Source: Klebsormidium nitens
Lineage: Eukaryota > Plantae > Klebsormidiophyceae
Direction: 5' to 3'
DNA length: 64,000 nt
Assembly (NCBI GenBank): GCA_000708835.1
Contig: DF236952.1
Coordinates: forward strand, 434,001-498,000
Shown here: positions 61,101 through 64,000 of the stretch, piece after piece
How positions within the stretch are numbered: position 1 is the first letter of the stretch
Layout: each line of letters starts with the position of its first letter
The notes under the pieces: model-generated
Database searches by the model: none
The model's input: only the letters and a program-made list of their open reading frames with translations
What the model was told of the DNA's origin: nothing
Program-made: the position numbers and the translations under genes

Positions 61101-63709
61101 GGGGGCCGCATCATCATTGTGACGTGGTGCCACCGGGACCTGGCCCCAGGGGAGACGGGGCTCCAATCGGACGAGTTGGTAAGTACAGAGGGATCCCTTT
61201 CTGATGCCCGTACTGATTTTTGAATTCGACCCCCAGCCGGACGAGCTGGTAAGTTTCCAGTTGAACAGAGGGATTGCCCCGCGGGCCCGGATCGAACCGT
61301 GATGTAGACGCTCCAACTGGACGAGCTGGTAAGTCGCCACGTGTTTCAGAGGGATCCCCCTCCAGTCGCTTCAAATGAATAGTAGATGAGGTTTCGATCT
61401 TCAGCGTCGCTCTGCGTTATGAGGTCCCAGAGGCGACAGGTGCTCTCTAAGGCGACAGAGCAGCAGATATGCAGCTTTGCAAGACCGCCGATGGTTTGCA
61501 CGTTGCAAGAACGTGGAGGTCATCGAACCCTGTAGCGCAGTTTCGGAGCATGCATGATCGTCAGAGTGTGCTCAGCAACGGGATCCGTTCTATCTTCGCG
61601 CAGGACCTTTTGGCCAAGATCTGCGATGCGTACTACCTCCCGGCCTGGTGCTCCGCTGCGGACTACATCCGAATTGCGAAGGCGGCGGGGTTGCAGGTAA
61701 AGGACTGAGTTTGATCGCACCTGTCCTTACTTTTCGTCGGCGTCGACCGGTGTGACAGCGCATCTGCAGTCCCTCGAACCAATGAGACTGCTTCAATCGA
61801 TCACGTAAATCTGGAAGACAGACTTGGTGTGCCTTTTAGCTGGAGAACATAAGACTACCTGCATGTACGTGGACCGGAGGATGGAAGCTGGAAACCCGAG
61901 CATTGTTGGTCGAAGCAAAGTCTTAAAGCTGCTTCATCTCAACGGCCCTTCAATTCCGGCTTCTTCTCTTTTTGCCACGACACCTCCCGTGACACGTCGC
62001 CTCCCATGGTAGCCTTCTCTTCTTCGGTCATTTGTTCTCGTTGGGCGGTTGTTGCTACGCCGGAAGGGGACGTCGTTTCTGTTCCCGGTCGAAACGGCCG
62101 GATGACGTCAGCAGTTCGTGCGACCATAACGTCCTCGACCGACGTGCTAGTAGATTGTTTTTGTAAAGTCGTTTCGCTTCGTGTACGGCTCCTGGGCCGA
62201 CTTTTTCTGACCCTTTGAACGTGTCTCACTAGAGCTATAGACTTCAGACGGACAGGATGGGTCGCAAATCTTTCAAGCGGATGTAGCACGTCCCTTATTG
62301 CACTGATCTTTGCGGTTTGTATTCCTGCTCTTCCTATTCTCTTCTTTCTTGCCTCTGCTTCCTTCTTCGGCTCTTACGGATCTTCAAGCTCAACTGTCTG
62401 GCCCACGCCACCGACTCTCTCAATTGCTTTTTTGCAGACCCGCCTGACACAGTTTCAAAGTCTCATCTCTTTATTCCGCCACCAACACGTTCTCGTTCCT
62501 TGCAGGCCAGCCTGACATTCCTCTGTTTCTCCCTCTTAGAATACTCAGTTGCCCCTAGTGACCCGCTACCGCCATACTCTTTTGTTGACTGACGAACATG
62601 ATTTGAGTCGTAGTTCAAGAAAGCCGCCGTCAACATTCTCCTTCTTCCGGAACATCCTGTGAAGTGACTCATTCTAGACAGCCCGGTCACCAACAGTGTT
62701 TCGTTCGTTGCAGAATGTCATCTCCGATGATTGGTCGGAGCGCGTGACGCCCTTCTGGCCGGCCGTCATGGCGTCTGCTCTCAGCTGGAGGGGGCTACTG
62801 GGGCTGGCAAAGTCGGGTGAGATGTCAAATGCCCTCCGCCGTCCGTCTCTTTCTCGTCTCTCTTCCTTGCTTTTGACTTTTCTTAACATTCTCTCTCTCA
62901 TCGTTGTTGGTCGACTTGACCGCCTGTGCTTTCTTCTTTCTTCGTCATTCATTTCCAGTGTGCTCTAAAACCTCTTCTTCAGGGCTATCCTAAATCTTTC
63001 GTCCAAGTTGCTTCCATTCTGTCTTTCTGAGCGCTGCCTCCTCTGTCGTAATCTGATTGGACTTCTCCGGAGCGGTCTTTGTATCTCCACACGCTCGAAA
63101 TGTCCTTGAATTTGCTCTGCTGGTTGTAGCGACTGCTGCCTTGCTTCTGTGGCCCAGAGGTTTCAATGTTGCACGCATCGAAGGTAGATGAGCGCACGTG
63201 GATCAGAAGGCAGCTTTTAGAAAGAGATTGTGCCTTCGCGTTTGGCTCGGAAACAACGGCGAGGGATTGCCCTTGCGACCACGGATGGCGGCCCCAGCTT
63301 ATGGCCCCTTACTCGTGGGATTAGTCGGTAGCAAAAGTATTTCGCAGCGTGTTGCCGAGTCCAAGTCTCGGAGCGTCGGGCTCCGTAGACCTCGCCAGAT
63401 ACCGAAGCGCCAAACTGTCTCTGTCTCGCCTTTTGTTTCCTCCATTTCTCGCTCTCTTACTTTCGCGTAAGAAGGATTGTGAGAACCGCCATGCAATCTA
63501 TTTGATGCTACCTACTACGAAGAGCCTATCAAGCATGATAATAAAGTTTTTTCAGTGGTAGTATGCGTGTAATCTGACATCTCCTGCAACGCTTGCCTGC
63601 AGGTTGGACGACGATCAAGGGGGCCTTTGCAATGGCGCTGATGATTCAGGGCTTCAGCCGTGGTCTGATCAAGTTCGCGTTGATCTCCGGTACGAAGGCT
63701 AGTCAATAA
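58122..63709 (+). CDS. VTE4: Gamma-tocopherol methyltransferase (SAM-dependent), 8 exons, 364 aa
   Basis: Exons: 58122-58455, 58991-59062, 59749-59918, 60633-60737, 61068-61178, 61604-61696, 62714-62816, 63603-63709 (1095 nt). Motifs seen: GIAGFYDESSGVWEEIWGEHMHHGYY, VDVGCGIGGSSRYL, GITLSPVQ, FDLVWSMESGEHMPDK, APGGRIIIVTWCHR, ICDAYYLPAWCS, DWSERVTPFWPAV, GWTTIKGA. Confidence 0.96.
61235..61340 (+). repeat. Two intronic copies of the VTE4 exon 5 end and donor
   Basis: ggacgagctg|gtaagt occurs twice downstream of the true ggacgagttg|gtaagt (exon ends at 61178). Confidence 0.8.
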
Positions 63710-64000
63710 TGATAGGAGAACCGTAAGGTGATTGGTTCTTTACATTGCAGAAATCTACACGCCTCCATGTGCAGCATCCTTCTTTAGTTACGGTCGGGTT
63801 GGTGAATAGTACATTCTTTCAGAGCCTCTCATTGAGGCCGCATTGAAATAGCATTTTGTGCAAGTCCCGACAATATGTATTGACTCATTATACCAGGGAA
63901 CAAACTGTAGAATTTTCGGCGCTGGCTTCCATTGCCAACTTTCGTGACCGCGAAGTCATCAAAGCTCCACTCATAAGTTAGACGAATCTCGCTTCACTGC

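Overview
Intron-rich eukaryotic nuclear DNA from a chlorophyll-b photosynthetic organism. Gene content and splice style suggest a streptophyte alga such as Klebsormidium, but this is an inference. Seven spliced genes were reconstructed by hand, with exon phases checked. (1) A 15-exon, 911-aa AMT1-type ammonium transporter fused to an apparently intact clade-D PP2C phosphatase (3835-15768, +). (2) A large LRR protein of roughly 40 repeats that ends in an XK-like multipass membrane domain rather than a kinase and carries two 1-nt frameshifts (19876-~25240, +). (3) A Raf-like/STY protein kinase (29639-32990, +). (4) A DUF2358/NTF2-like protein (34758-38066, +). (5) Chlorophyllide a oxygenase, CAO (40698-47369, -). 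(6) Homogentisate phytyltransferase, VTE2 (49354-~56224, -), lying head-to-head with (7) gamma-tocopherol methyltransferase, VTE4 (58122-63709, +). The most striking candidate for a novel system is the AMT-PP2C fusion, a possible ammonium transceptor. A duplicated acceptor in that gene could yield a phosphatase-less isoform. Other notable items are the divergent VTE2/VTE4 tocopherol pair, tandem duplications of splice junctions inside introns, and a TA-flanked MITE. No rRNA, tRNA or CRISPR features were seen.
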